63,340 nucleotides of DNA, filler included, from Chrysochromulina tobinii (GCA_001275005.1; 8 parts of 8 records of this genome joined end to end with filler, not necessarily neighbours in it), one strand, 5' to 3'; positions 43,730 to 54,377 are shown, numbered from the whole stretch's first letter. Program-made: numbers and translations. Notes: generated from the letters alone by a model not told the origin.

Positions 43730-45154
43730 ATGCGCAAGACTGCGCTCTTCACCGACGACCACCACAACGGGATTCAACGCCACAACGCCGATGAGGACCT
43801 CTTTCAGTTGTACGGCGTGCACTATCGCATCCCGCCGCTCTTCGACCAGATGCACGCGGATCCGACCTGTTCATGGCTACCTGCTGGCGGAGCGTCGTAT
43901 GCGCAGATCGCTCGAGCGATGCGAGGTCCGCCCGCCGCCAGCGCAGACGCTCAGAAGGCTACCGGGCGGCCGAACCCTCAGAAGGCTCCCAAGGAGCGTG
44001 CGGAAGCCGTCACCATCCAGAATGAGGCGCTGCCGTTGCCGGACTCTGCTCCAGGCTCCAAGGCGCTCGTGGATGATCGGGACGAGATCGATCGATGGCG
44101 CCGATCGTGGTCGGTGGTCGTCCGCCGGGACATCTTGCGTCAGCAGCGCGCCCTCGTCACGCAGCAGCGCGAGATGGTCGTGACTCAGAAGCGCACCGCA
44201 CTTGCGGTCCAGAAGGAGGTCCGCAAACGCGCCCTTCGCGCGCAACGGCTCGCCTCGAATCCCCAGGTTCAGGTGCGATGCAAGCGCATCGCGCGCGACC
44301 TCATCACGCTGACGCCGGCCCTCGAGACCAAGAACAACGCTCGGCGCCTCGCGGCCGAGCACGCCAACCACGAGCTCGCTAACCAGACGCATCGGCGACC
44401 CCTCAGCGTCACATCTGCAGACCCGCCGGAGTGGGCCCAGGGTGGAGCCAGTCAGCGATGCGCCTCGGCTCCGGGCAGTGCCCCGCTCAGCTGCACGGAT
44501 GGGGGTCCCCCCGACGTAGAAATGGGAGCACCTGCAACGGCCGCTGCCTCCGACGCGCGCGGTTCGACGCTGAGTGCCGCCGAGCGCTGCCTCCTCTCGA
44601 TGCTTACCGCGGCGGCGCACAGGGGTGCTCAGGGCGGCGCGCATGCGGGTGCCAACGGCGTCGACGAGCGCATCCCGACGCACTTGCTGCCGCTCCTCGT
44701 GCAAGCCGTACGGGCGGCCAGGGCCCCCAAGGGTCCCATCGGCGGATGCGGCGCATTTGCGATGGTGACCACTGCGGAAGCTGCGACGAGCGGCAGCGCA
44801 CCTTCTTTACCCTCTTTGAGCGTCGCGGGGGGGGTCTTGCCGGTGAGCGTGCCGGCCCTTGTGCGAGATCTGATGCATGCGCATGAGCCCATCGTCGAGG
44901 CCGACGCCGCGGGCCAGATGAAGGCCGAGGTACGCGACGCCAAGGCAGCCGAGCTGTCCGAATTGTCCCGTCTGCTGTGGCCTATGGGGGAGGAGACGGA
45001 GGCGCACGATGTGCATCGCATGTGGACGGGCAAGCTAGACGCTCAGACGATCCTCCTTGACGAAGCGAGGCGGCAAGTCGTCCCCGCAGGCGGCGAGCAC
45101 TCATGGCGCGCCGCGTTTGTGCCGCGCGCTGTGGCCGCGCCACCGCGGTTGTAA
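43730..45154 (+). CDS. Protein with INO80 DBINO/HSA-like helical domain but no Snf2 ATPase
   Basis: WSVVVRRDI..QKRTALAVQKEVRKRALR..VRCKRIARDL matches the DBINO pattern. Confidence 0.65.
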   Translation: MRKTALFTDDHHNGIQRHNADEDLFQLYGVHYRIPPLFDQMHADPTCSWLPAGGASYAQIARAMRGPPAASADAQKATGRPNPQKAPKERAEAVTIQNEALPLPDSAPGSKALVDDRDEIDRWRRSWSVVVRRDILRQQRALVTQQREMVVTQKRTALAVQKEVRKRALRAQRLASNPQVQVRCKRIARDLITLTPALETKNNARRLAAEHANHELANQTHRRPLSVTSADPPEWAQGGASQRCASAPGSAPLSCTDGGPPDVEMGAPATAAASDARGSTLSAAERCLLSMLTAAAHRGAQGGAHAGANGVDERIPTHLLPLLVQAVRAARAPKGPIGGCGAFAMVTTAEAATSGSAPSLPSLSVAGGVLPVSVPALVRDLMHAHEPIVEADAAGQMKAEVRDAKAAELSELSRLLWPMGEETEAHDVHRMWTGKLDAQTILLDEARRQVVPAGGEHSWRAAFVPRAVAAPPRL

Positions 45155-45245
45155 TGGGCGGCCCATTACTGCAATGGGCGCCACCGCGGTTGTAATGGGC
45201 GGCCCATTACTGCAATGGGCGCCACCGCGGTTGTAATGGGCGGCT
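45137..45245. repeat. 41-bp tandem repeat (2.6 copies) spanning the stop codon, containing the hairpin gtaatgggc-g-gcccattac
   Basis: Read directly. Confidence 0.92.
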
Positions 45246-45499
45246 CGGGAAGTTATCGGGAAGATCTGACCACGTACGAAGCGCCGATCGAGGCAACGTG
45301 GGTCCTTGTGGTTGTGCCGCGGAGTGCCTGTGCCCTCACAGTCTCAACGTGGGCGGGCGGAAATAGAAATGGGCGCGGCCTGGCGCCGATGGGAAGCGCC
45401 GCTCACTCTCACAATGCCAATATGTGAGCATGCGACGCAGCGGGCGAGAGGTCCGGCAGAGGATCGGCCATGGGCCCTGTGGTTGCCGGTATGGAGGCC

Positions 45500-45720
45500 G
45501 ACCGACGGGGGGGCGGTGGGTGGTACGGAGCATTCGGGCGGTACGGAGGCATGAGGGGCGGCGAGGGCGTCTGTTGGACGTTCTCGTTGAGTGGGAAGGG
45601 GAGAACTCGGACGCGGACCTCTTGGACCGGACGTGGAGGATTAATGGGTCAGCGGGTCACGTCGCCTATATCGTAACGATCGGATCGTACCTCTCTGCGG
45701 ACCTACACGACAAGCGGACG
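45500..45720 (+). pseudogene. Degenerate chromodomain, probably a retroelement remnant
   Basis: WVVRSIRAVRRHEGRRGRLLDVLVEWEGE...TW/ED*WVS..LSADL. Confidence 0.5.
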
Positions 45721-46323
45721 CGAGGAAGTCAGAAGCGGAGGGGCTGTATCTTGGTCCGCGCCCGGTGCCGGCTGCGAGTCGCAGTCGGCGCTCGCGGCGG
45801 GCTGAACGGAGGACGCGGCGCGGCGAACGTAACCCAACGGCACACTCAGGTGAGCGAGAGCGAGAGGCACGTGGCGGGCTCCCCGCTCGGCTGAGAGATT
45901 CCTCAGCACCGGATCTGGGACGCAGACACACAGATCGAACAGTACGGTAGATCGAGCGTTCTACTTGACTGATGACTTTCATCAGCTACGCATCAGTTAC
46001 TATTACCGATCACAATCCCGCCCAGCAGTGATTCGGCGGCCGGGCAGCGAGCGGCAGGGATCATCCTCGACCCTGTCGCGCGCTGCCGCTGGGCGCTGGG
46101 CGAGATTGAAGATTGACAAGCAAACAAAAAAACGGGAAAAAACTTTCTCGACGCTTCGAAGATGACGTTAGGACCACCGGTCAGTTAGTAGTCAGTTTCG
46201 TCGCGGTCCCCCCGCGATCACTCCAAGAACCGATCGTGTTTTACCAGCTCTAAAACGAGATTTTCGTGTGTCAGTACAGGTTCCTTCATTCCGAGCGCGT
46301 ACTCCAATTGTTTTCATAACCAG

Positions 46324-47790
46324 ATGCTCCTTAGTGCGCGGCAACACGACGAGAGCCGATTGGTGCAAGGGCCGAACCGGTCAATGAGGAGTACGTCGCG
46401 GCACGCTGCCGAGACACGTGCAATTACTGCAGTGCTGGAACCTCGAAATCGGACAAACCAATCTGCGAATGTGCTACACATGCCTTTGACGGCGACGGAA
46501 GATGTACCATGGCAGGAAAGACCAGTGACATGTTACGATCGCCAACGCATGCAGGGCACGGCGGCGCACAACGGCATGCACGTCCACGTCCATGAGGCCA
46601 ACCACAGCAGCCCCAGAAAGCATGTAGGCAGTGCACGGCTCGCCAGAATAGCCGAGGCAGACGCACCGGAACCTGCTCTGGTCAACCACTCGTGGGGTTC
46701 CGATTTTGGAACGGCTCGCATCTCCAAGATGGGGCGTGTTGGGCCACCTGCAGGCTTCGGAAAGGGTGAAGTGGGGCAAGCAGCACTAATTGGTACTTGC
46801 GTTTCGGGTGAGTTCCGCGCCCTCGACCGTTCGTGGCCCACATGGCAGCGCTACGTGGCCGGGCCAATGGGAGGCGTGCACATCTACTTCTTCTACCTCG
46901 TCGTGGCGAGGAAGCTCTGCATCCACACTGGGAGCTGCCTGCGTGCAAGTGGACCGAACCGAGCCGGACTCGGGAGTTACAGCAATCGGGTGCTGGTCGG
47001 GCCGTGGGCGCTTGTCAATGACAGTTGTGTTGTTGAGTCAGCCCTGCAACTTGGCATCCGGTTCGACTTGTGGTACGGCGAACCGCCTCTCAACCGCCGG
47101 TTCTGCTCACATACGACGCCAGGGCATGTCTCGTATCGTGTTGTGGCGCCGGACCAGTTCGCGAACCTCCAAATGTCATTTCGGATGCTAACCGACTATG
47201 AAGTGAGGTGGAAAGTTCGCTTCGACTGGGTGCTCAGGCTGCGTACTGATATGCTGCTGTTCACCCCACTGCCGCACCACGCGCAGCTCGCGCCAGGTGC
47301 ACACCTCGTCAAGGGAATGGTCAACGCGATAATTAACGATCACACCGCACTTGTCTCACGAGCACACGCACCAGCATACTTCGAACTTGCGGAGGAATTC
47401 CGATGCGCCGTGAATGACACCACTGGTCAGTACGTACCAATGAGCAAACTGGTCGACAATAACTACCTGATCGTATCGAAGCTGTTGGCGCATCGCGTGC
47501 CGATCTGGCTGCTGCACATGGGTTACGTGCTCATTCGCCCGGGGCTTCCACTCGGCGAGTTCCACTATGACTGCTGGCGCCTCCTTATAAGCAACGCCGC
47601 CGTGCCTTTAACAAACTCGACTCCCTGGTCCTGGTACGGGAACGGCTCATTAGAGGGCAGGACAGGCTCTGACTATGGCATCTATTTTCCGTATTGCTGC
47701 GAACACCTAACCCCATCGTTCAACGGGTGCTTAAAAGGGTGGGGAAGCTTTAATGGCACGAAGCAGTTGGGCTTCTCCGCGGCAGGCTGA
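46324..47790 (+). CDS. Putative glycosyltransferase-like protein (CxSGxxR ... FDWVLRLRTD family)
   Basis: TCVSGEFRAL, QF..L..SF.ML..YE..RFDWVLRLRTD, INDHTALVSR..APAYF; start uncertain. Confidence 0.6.
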   Translation: MLLSARQHDESRLVQGPNRSMRSTSRHAAETRAITAVLEPRNRTNQSANVLHMPLTATEDVPWQERPVTCYDRQRMQGTAAHNGMHVHVHEANHSSPRKHVGSARLARIAEADAPEPALVNHSWGSDFGTARISKMGRVGPPAGFGKGEVGQAALIGTCVSGEFRALDRSWPTWQRYVAGPMGGVHIYFFYLVVARKLCIHTGSCLRASGPNRAGLGSYSNRVLVGPWALVNDSCVVESALQLGIRFDLWYGEPPLNRRFCSHTTPGHVSYRVVAPDQFANLQMSFRMLTDYEVRWKVRFDWVLRLRTDMLLFTPLPHHAQLAPGAHLVKGMVNAIINDHTALVSRAHAPAYFELAEEFRCAVNDTTGQYVPMSKLVDNNYLIVSKLLAHRVPIWLLHMGYVLIRPGLPLGEFHYDCWRLLISNAAVPLTNSTPWSWYGNGSLEGRTGSDYGIYFPYCCEHLTPSFNGCLKGWGSFNGTKQLGFSAAG

Positions 47791-47967
47791 CCATGCGAAA
47801 CAAGACTCAAGTCTCGAGGGGGGTGTCTTGAGTCATCAAACCAGCGAGTCTCAATTCTCGAGTCTTGTGGTACAGTTTGCTACGTAAGTTCCGAGAAGGC
47901 TTCCGAGTGAACATCAAGTTCACATGCAAAGTTCACACACATCCAAAAGGTCCTTTTAGGAAACCTC

Positions 47968-48326
47968 ATGCTGCTGGGGATGCTTGCTGGGGTTGTGCTC
48001 TGCGCAGTGGTTGCCGGCCTTTCGGAGACCGCACCCGGTCCTGCTATGTGGTACATGTCGCGCGCCATTCGCACACGCTTCGTCCCAGCAAAGCTTATAG
48101 TGAGCTCGGTCGAATCGACACCGAATCCATCAGCTTTCCTGCTTAAGCTCGACTCGCCACTTGAGGATGTCACCACCACAGAAGGGCTGAGGGGGCAGAC
48201 GTTTTACAAGGGTCGCTGCCCGGCGTCGCTTACCGACGTGCTCGCCTGTGAGGGGGTCGTGTCGGTCTTCGTCGTCGGACGGATGCTCACCATCTCCAAG
48301 GACGCAAGGGCCTCGTGGGAGAGCGT
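47968..48326 (+). CDS. Nfu N-terminal-like (scaffold Nfu_N) domain protein with signal peptide, 3'-partial
   Basis: VESTPNPSAFLLKL..EGVVSVFVVGRMLTISKDARASW. Confidence 0.75.
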
Positions 48327-48426
48327 NNNNNNNNNNNNNNNNNNNNNNNNNNNNNNNNNNNNNNNNNNNNTTAATTAATTAANNNNNNNNNNNNNNNNNN
48401 NNNNNNNNNNNNNNNNNNNNNNNNNN

Positions 48427-48503
48427 ACAGCGCCTCGACAGTCGACTCGACAGCGCCTCGACAGCGCCTCGACGGAGCCTCGACAGCTCGACAGCTCGAC
48501 AGC
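48427..48503. repeat. Short ctcgacag tandem repeats at contig start
   Basis: Read directly. Confidence 0.8.
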
Positions 48504-48817
48504 CAGGGCTCAAGGCGACCGACTACTTGACTGTGGAGTCGTATGCCGTTGTCTCCGCGTCTTCACTGAAACGGTATTCTTCCTTATTGATGGTAAGAAC
48601 TGAAGTGCTTAGAAAACTCCACGCGACCACCTGAGTCACTGCTCCTCAAACTGTGGGGTCTCTGCTCTATGTTCATCCATCCGACCCACAGCCACCACCG
48701 AAGAATCCGTACTCGTACTGCATGCGGCTTCCTGTACATAGCCTCCATGCACAGTCCATGGCGTAACCGCCACACCGGCGGGCGTCGATGCACAAGCACC
48801 TACTAAGAGAATCCGCA

Positions 48818-49363
48818 TCACATCTGAAAGGTGCCATTTTGATAGAAATGGCTGCTGTTGTTGCGCATCCTGCTGTGCACGAAGCCGTTTGTGGCCTCGA
48901 TCTGATTGACGTGCATGTTGTCGGTGAAGGAAAGGCCGCGATGGCGAGGCTGCAGCTTTTCCATCGGCAGCTCATTTGCGTTCAGATAGTTCCCGGCGCT
49001 GCTCGGCAGAACGCCATCACCACCGAAAAACCCGGCACTGTCGTCGACGGCTCCCCAGTCATCGGGAACCCCAAGATGCCGCGGCGTCACACCTCCGATC
49101 CCCGACGCTTTGATCGTCTTGATCTGCACGTCGACTATCCAGGCGAGCAGCTCGTCTCGCAGCGCTGGCACTGGTGGGAGAGCATGTCCGCCAATCTTTT
49201 GTTGGAGATCGAGGGCCTTGTTCTTCAATGAGGTCGTCTTTGACTGCTCGAGGTTCTCAAAGGTATAGATCGGAATCCTTGTGGCAAGGCCTGTCGGTAG
49301 CTGCCCCGCCTTGAAGACACACTCTGTCGGCACTCCGTTGATCATCGTGTTGGGCTGCGGCAT
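48818..49363 (-). CDS. Hypothetical protein (~181 aa)
   Basis: ATG ORF with coding-like composition (MPQPNTMINGVPTECVFKAGQL...). Confidence 0.65.
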   Translation of the reverse strand: MPQPNTMINGVPTECVFKAGQLPTGLATRIPIYTFENLEQSKTTSLKNKALDLQQKIGGHALPPVPALRDELLAWIVDVQIKTIKASGIGGVTPRHLGVPDDWGAVDDSAGFFGGDGVLPSSAGNYLNANELPMEKLQPRHRGLSFTDNMHVNQIEATNGFVHSRMRNNSSHFYQNGTFQM

Positions 49364-49445
49364 CGGGGTCGTCGGATTTTGGGAAGATGTCGAGAGGGAC
49401 GCGCTCGGCTTCAACAAAGATGGGTCTTTTCAGTTGTCTTTTCGT

Positions 49446-49477
49446 ACCGGTAAAAAGACACCGGGGGGAGCCGGGAC
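49446..49477 (-). repeat. 32-bp dispersed motif, copy 2
   Basis: Reverse complement identical to 31899-31930. Confidence 0.9.
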
Positions 49478-49779
49478 ACACACGAGACACACGGAACACG
49501 CGGACGCACAAAGGCACACAGACCACACAGACGAACCTCAGAACCATCGAAACCCACCAACAACACACACCCCGCACGTCAGCGCGACGACCGAAGCCGT
49601 ACCGGTACATGTAAAAATTCAGACGAACGTTAGCCCCCTTCGAGCGCCAGGTTATCTGGACCTGAGCTCAACTCCCCAACCGGGAGTGTGCCCGGTCTGT
49701 GAACGGAAATATGGGCGTCTCCTGGCTCGCACCCGCGGTGGCTCGTGAGCGACGACTTCTTTCAGGACGTACATTCTGA

Positions 49780-52740
49780 ATGACCTGCTGCGCCTCCTCA
49801 CCGTTTGCTTCGTCGCACCTATTGTCTACCGCACCCATTCCGAAGACGGTGGACCTCGCTGATCCAAACGCGCTCGAGCGCGTGGCCCGAGCGCGTGCAT
49901 ACCGCGGCGAGCTCATCCTCTTCTCCTTTGACTTTTGCGGCATTTCCGAGGCGCTCTCGCTCATCATCTCCCTGCGGCGTGCGAGCTTTGAGCACTTTCT
50001 GCCGTTGACCGATGGCATTGAAACATGTGATGCGATGCGAACTGCCGCCAGGCTGCGAGACCTAGACGATCGCACGATGCCGTGCTATTTCAGCTCGTGG
50101 CCTCGAGACCACGCTGGCTGGAAGATGTGGGGTCATGGCCCGGCGTGCGTGAGTGCGGCGCGGCCGTCTCATTCCTGCGTCCTCGAGCAGCTGTGGACGT
50201 CTCGGTACGCCGTCGCAGGCCGGCTGCTTGCGCTTGGCCAGATCAACTTGCTACACATGGACACCGACTCGGCCATCCTCGCGGACCCATACGCAGTGCT
50301 CAAGACGGCGCCACTAGCGGCGCACAATTTGATCTTCGTACCCGAATTGCCGATCAACGGCGGTATGTGGTATGCGCAGAACACCACCGACGGCGGACCC
50401 TCTCAGTGGATCATCGCCGAAGTCGCGCGACGCACGCTACAAGTCATCTCGCTCACGCCGCAGCGACGGATGCTGCCCCCTTTCGACCAGGCAATGCTGG
50501 GCGACGTGCTGTACACGGCCGCGGATCGTGGCACGGTGCATTGGGGCGCTGCATGCGAGCACATGGTCGTTCGCAAGTCCGCACTTTGCACGGCCAACAC
50601 GAGTCGCAATCCGCGAATGATGCGATGGGACGTGCGCCATCGCGGTGAGCCTCCAATTCTCGCTGCCCTCGTGCGCCCCCGCCCAGCATGCACGTGCTCA
50701 CCACGACGCTCCGCCCGCTTCCCCACAGTTGCGCCTCCAACGGCCGCGGCCAGGGCGGCGCTCAAGGCTCCGGCGCCGAAGTCCGAGTACGGTCGCGCGA
50801 GGCTCCCGACCCGGAACAAAGGGATAGTTCCCACCGCTCTCTTCCGTTCCGTCGAGCTGCGCGTGCCCGGGACCACGCATGTCGAGCGAGCAGCGACCAC
50901 GTTGCCGTGGCTCTTCCCCAACGGCTGGAAAGCGCAGCAGCTCGGCCTCTTTGCGCGGCGGCCGGCGGCGGCGGCGGTTGTGCACCTGCTTGGCGTGCGC
51001 TGCCGCTGGTGCGAGAGCAGCGAAGATGTCGACCATGGTTCCAAGTGGGAGTGGCAGCACCTCGCCGGCTTTTGGCCGGCGCGGGCGTATACGCTCGCAC
51101 CGCTACTCGCCTCCACCTCGGGCGCCTCGGCCACGGCCACGGCTGCGGCTGCTGCTGCGGCTGCGGGCGGCACGGCGCCCAGGCCGCCCGGCACAGCGCC
51201 AACGGACGGTGGTGGAGTGCCCGGTACGGCGCCATCGGCTGGGCAGGCTGCGCTCTCGCAATCGATTGAGTCGTCGCCACCCGTAGAGTTTGGCACGATT
51301 GGCTCTCCATTGAGTGAGCGCGTGGAGCGTCACTGCCGCAAGCGCGGCCGCGCGCGCCTGCTGTACGCCGACCGGCGTGTGCTGAGCGTCAGTCGCAAGG
51401 CCTTGGCCTACCTGCATGCCGAGGGTGCTGACGACGACGGCGCCGCCGCACGCACCCTCATTCGTCAGTTGATCGTCCTGGCGAGCGTGAGCGGGCGCAT
51501 GGCGGTGCTCCCGTCCTTCAACTGCTCCGCCCCGTGGATTCAGAAGGTGCCTCGTGAGGACGGCAGCCTTGTTCTCGCCGACTTGCGCGTGGTCATCGTC
51601 GACGCGGCCGAGGGCCGCCCCATACACGAGCAGCGGTGCGCGCCATGCAACGTACAGTTTGCATGCCGCCAGCACGTCCTCTCGGAGGCTCAGTGGCGTG
51701 CGGCAAAGGAAGCGACGGTTACAGCGACGGTGCCCCAGCCCCCCTCCGATGCCGCTCACGACGGCGCCTCGGCAGGTGTTCTCGACTCGCCGACGAGGCT
51801 GCCTCTGCCCTTGGTCGCGCCCGAACCGGGCGCCGTACCGGGCGCTCATCGAGTGGTCCATCTGCTGCAGCTCTGGGCCCTGTTGGCCACGCACCTCGGC
51901 ACCCAGCGCGAGTTGCAGCTGGAGGAGCTCGGCGACGTCCGCGGGGACGCTTGCTCTCTCGATGGGGAGCTTCTGAAGCAGTCGGCTTCTCTGGCGGCGA
52001 CGGTCGTGCGACTACACTGCGGGGTGGCGGAGGCGGCCCTAGAGCTGCGCAGCCTATGCCCTCGCACGGACGCGGAGACGAGATACGCCCTCGGCCGTTG
52101 GGGGCAGGGAATCGAGGAGGCGAGGTGCCCCCAGTACACCACCAACGAGGGGCAGCTCCTAGAACGTCGGGATGTCCGTGCGGCTCCGCACCCGATGACC
52201 CATTCGGCGGCGGCGTGGCGACGCTCACTGTTGGCGGCGCGGCTGGGAGTCCGCTGTGGGGATATGCTTTGCTCCGACCGCTCGTGCGACGTGCTCGCCG
52301 TCGAAGAGTGCTCGCATAATCTCCGACGCGAGCTCGCGGGGATCGACGCCAACAGCAGCGCGGCGATGCAGCGCGTGCGATCGCACCTTCGGCACGCGTC
52401 GCCTGCGGTGGTGCAGGAGATGGTGCGGGAGCGTTGCACCGTGTGGATCCATCGTCTCCCCAAAGATTCGAGACCCCGGTGCGACGCACTCACAGGGCAG
52501 TGCCTTGCGCCGCCGAGAGCTTTCCCGGGAAGGGCAACCTGGCCCTCGGCCATTTGCCTCGAGGAGCCACCGGCGCGCATGTGCTTTGCGGGTCGGCCGG
52601 TAGACCTCAAAGCCGAGAACGCAGAGCGCTTTTGTTCAAAGTGCTACAGCCGTGCCGACGTCGCGCACGGCGCACGATCGTCCAAATCGAGGCACGATAC
52701 GTCATTAGGGCTACCGGTACGCATTCGTGTGTCCGTGTGA
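49780..52740 (+). CDS. Nucleotide-diphospho-sugar transferase (GT77-like) with long extension
   Basis: LERVARARAYRGELILF, LWTSRYAVAGRLLALGQINLLHMDTD (DxD), INGGMWY, FDQAMLGD, VLASVSGRMAVLPSFNC. Confidence 0.8.
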   Translation: MTCCASSPFASSHLLSTAPIPKTVDLADPNALERVARARAYRGELILFSFDFCGISEALSLIISLRRASFEHFLPLTDGIETCDAMRTAARLRDLDDRTMPCYFSSWPRDHAGWKMWGHGPACVSAARPSHSCVLEQLWTSRYAVAGRLLALGQINLLHMDTDSAILADPYAVLKTAPLAAHNLIFVPELPINGGMWYAQNTTDGGPSQWIIAEVARRTLQVISLTPQRRMLPPFDQAMLGDVLYTAADRGTVHWGAACEHMVVRKSALCTANTSRNPRMMRWDVRHRGEPPILAALVRPRPACTCSPRRSARFPTVAPPTAAARAALKAPAPKSEYGRARLPTRNKGIVPTALFRSVELRVPGTTHVERAATTLPWLFPNGWKAQQLGLFARRPAAAAVVHLLGVRCRWCESSEDVDHGSKWEWQHLAGFWPARAYTLAPLLASTSGASATATAAAAAAAAGGTAPRPPGTAPTDGGGVPGTAPSAGQAALSQSIESSPPVEFGTIGSPLSERVERHCRKRGRARLLYADRRVLSVSRKALAYLHAEGADDDGAAARTLIRQLIVLASVSGRMAVLPSFNCSAPWIQKVPREDGSLVLADLRVVIVDAAEGRPIHEQRCAPCNVQFACRQHVLSEAQWRAAKEATVTATVPQPPSDAAHDGASAGVLDSPTRLPLPLVAPEPGAVPGAHRVVHLLQLWALLATHLGTQRELQLEELGDVRGDACSLDGELLKQSASLAATVVRLHCGVAEAALELRSLCPRTDAETRYALGRWGQGIEEARCPQYTTNEGQLLERRDVRAAPHPMTHSAAAWRRSLLAARLGVRCGDMLCSDRSCDVLAVEECSHNLRRELAGIDANSSAAMQRVRSHLRHASPAVVQEMVRERCTVWIHRLPKDSRPRCDALTGQCLAPPRAFPGRATWPSAICLEEPPARMCFAGRPVDLKAENAERFCSKCYSRADVAHGARSSKSRHDTSLGLPVRIRVSV

Positions 52741-52772
52741 GTCCCGGCTCCCCCCGGTGTCTTTTTACCGGT
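52741..52772 (+). repeat. 32-bp dispersed motif, copy 3
   Basis: Identical to 31899-31930. Confidence 0.9.
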
Positions 52773-52814
52773 ACGCAATCTCCGTACAATTGAGGAAATG
52801 CAAAGTGTCTGCTG

Positions 52815-54155
52815 ATGAAACTCCGCGGTGCTGTGCATTTCTCCGGCACACCCTCAATCTTTGGGTGGCAACGCGGCGGCGCGCAGGTCGGCTTCGACCC
52901 AGGGGGTGGAGGGATGATAAGACAAGAGGCCAGAAAGCAAGTGGCAAAGCAGGTTGTCAATGTCGTGAATCCACGCCTCGTGATGTATACCCACTCTTGT
53001 TCCCTTGCTGCGACCATACTGGTGTTGAACTACGTCATCATCATCATCCTAGCTTTCGTGCTGAAGGATGACTGCTCCGAGACGTCAGTTGTTGATCGCT
53101 CCTTGCCTGTGACGTTCGGAGACTTCGTGACGTACGAAGAGTTCATCAATATAACGCTGAGCCGTGAGGGTGTCGTCTCATCAGGCACGACCACCACCAC
53201 CACCACAGTCAGTGGATGCGTTAAGAGGAACAGCGCCGTACTTGTGGCACCGTATATGTCCGATATTTGCGCGAACACGTGCAACTACGCCTCGGATGGT
53301 GACTGCGACGATGGTGGACCGGGCTCCGAGTTCCAATTCGGGAGCTCGAACATGTTAAGTGCGGCATGCGCCCTCGGCAGCGACTGCGTAGACTGCGGCC
53401 CTCGAGTGCGGCCCACGACCTATGCAGGCACAGGAATCACAACTGATGTGCCGTGCTGGAATCAGTATGTGCCATGCAGTAACCGAACAGGCACACCAAC
53501 ATCACCTGCAATCAGACCATCAGGCTCGGCAACCACAGAATTCCAGGCTGTTGCAGGATTCACGATAATTCCTGGCGGACTTCCTTGTGGTTGGTACAAG
53601 TCAGACGACGCTCGCAATGTGGGAGGGGATAGCTATCGCGCAGAGATGGGATACACAAAGGCCGATCGCTTTCCCTGGTGCTCACCAGCGGACGAGGACT
53701 TTGCTATTGAACGCTACCGCAGCATGAGCAACCTTTCGGCGATGGATGGGACAAGGGTGAATCTTGCAATCAGTTGTGGCTTGAACAAGATGAATCGATA
53801 TCCTGTCACACCAGCAGGTGTCTTCTCGCCGAACCTTTCTCCGTCGCCAGGTGACCTCAGTGCTGGCACATTGACCTCATTCACCACACATTGGAATCTC
53901 ACCGTGATTACGACGACAAAGGTGTGCCCAAAGTTTTCCGCGACGTTTTCAAGTGCGTTCGCGTACACCGCGCAAATCGAGATCGTCATTACCCTTGTGC
54001 TGATCTACTTGTTCAAGAAGATTGCTCTGATTGCGGATAATAAGGATGTGATTGACATTGGAACCGACGGGATCATTACGAAGGAGAAAGCCTTGGAGCT
54101 CACGAAAGGGAACTCGCAGACAGCGGATGGTGGGATCCGTGCGCAGCGCGCTTGA
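52815..54155 (+). CDS. Two-TM membrane protein with Cys-rich CDDGGPG module in the extracellular loop
   Basis: TM at ILVLNYVIIIILAFVL and IEIVITLVLIYLF; CANTCNYASDGDCDDGGPGSEF..CALGSDCVDCGPR; start at 52815 or 52914. Confidence 0.8.
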   Translation: MKLRGAVHFSGTPSIFGWQRGGAQVGFDPGGGGMIRQEARKQVAKQVVNVVNPRLVMYTHSCSLAATILVLNYVIIIILAFVLKDDCSETSVVDRSLPVTFGDFVTYEEFINITLSREGVVSSGTTTTTTTVSGCVKRNSAVLVAPYMSDICANTCNYASDGDCDDGGPGSEFQFGSSNMLSAACALGSDCVDCGPRVRPTTYAGTGITTDVPCWNQYVPCSNRTGTPTSPAIRPSGSATTEFQAVAGFTIIPGGLPCGWYKSDDARNVGGDSYRAEMGYTKADRFPWCSPADEDFAIERYRSMSNLSAMDGTRVNLAISCGLNKMNRYPVTPAGVFSPNLSPSPGDLSAGTLTSFTTHWNLTVITTTKVCPKFSATFSSAFAYTAQIEIVITLVLIYLFKKIALIADNKDVIDIGTDGIITKEKALELTKGNSQTADGGIRAQRA

Positions 54156-54172
54156 CCGCTGGGGCAACATGC

Positions 54173-54377
54173 GTTCAAAATGAGCTTGGGCATCACGGGG
54201 GCGCCATCGGGGTCCGTCACCACTGGCGCCGCCGACGGCGCGAGATCCGAGCTGAGCGCTGGCGTGGGCATTGTCCCTCGACATCGTCCCGTCCAAGATC
54301 GGATGTCGACTGCGCCGTTCATGTCGATTGGCGGTGGCGTCGAGGGGCGCGTGCGCTCGCGGTGTGCCCAGCACGGC
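54173..54377 (-). pseudogene. Diverged duplicate of the kinesin-TPR 3' coding segment (55520-55705)
   Basis: TRPSTPPPIDMNGAVDI..APSAAPVVTDPDGAPVMPKL vs TRPSTPLPNDMDGAVDI..APSAAPVVTGPDGAPVMPKL. Confidence 0.85.
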
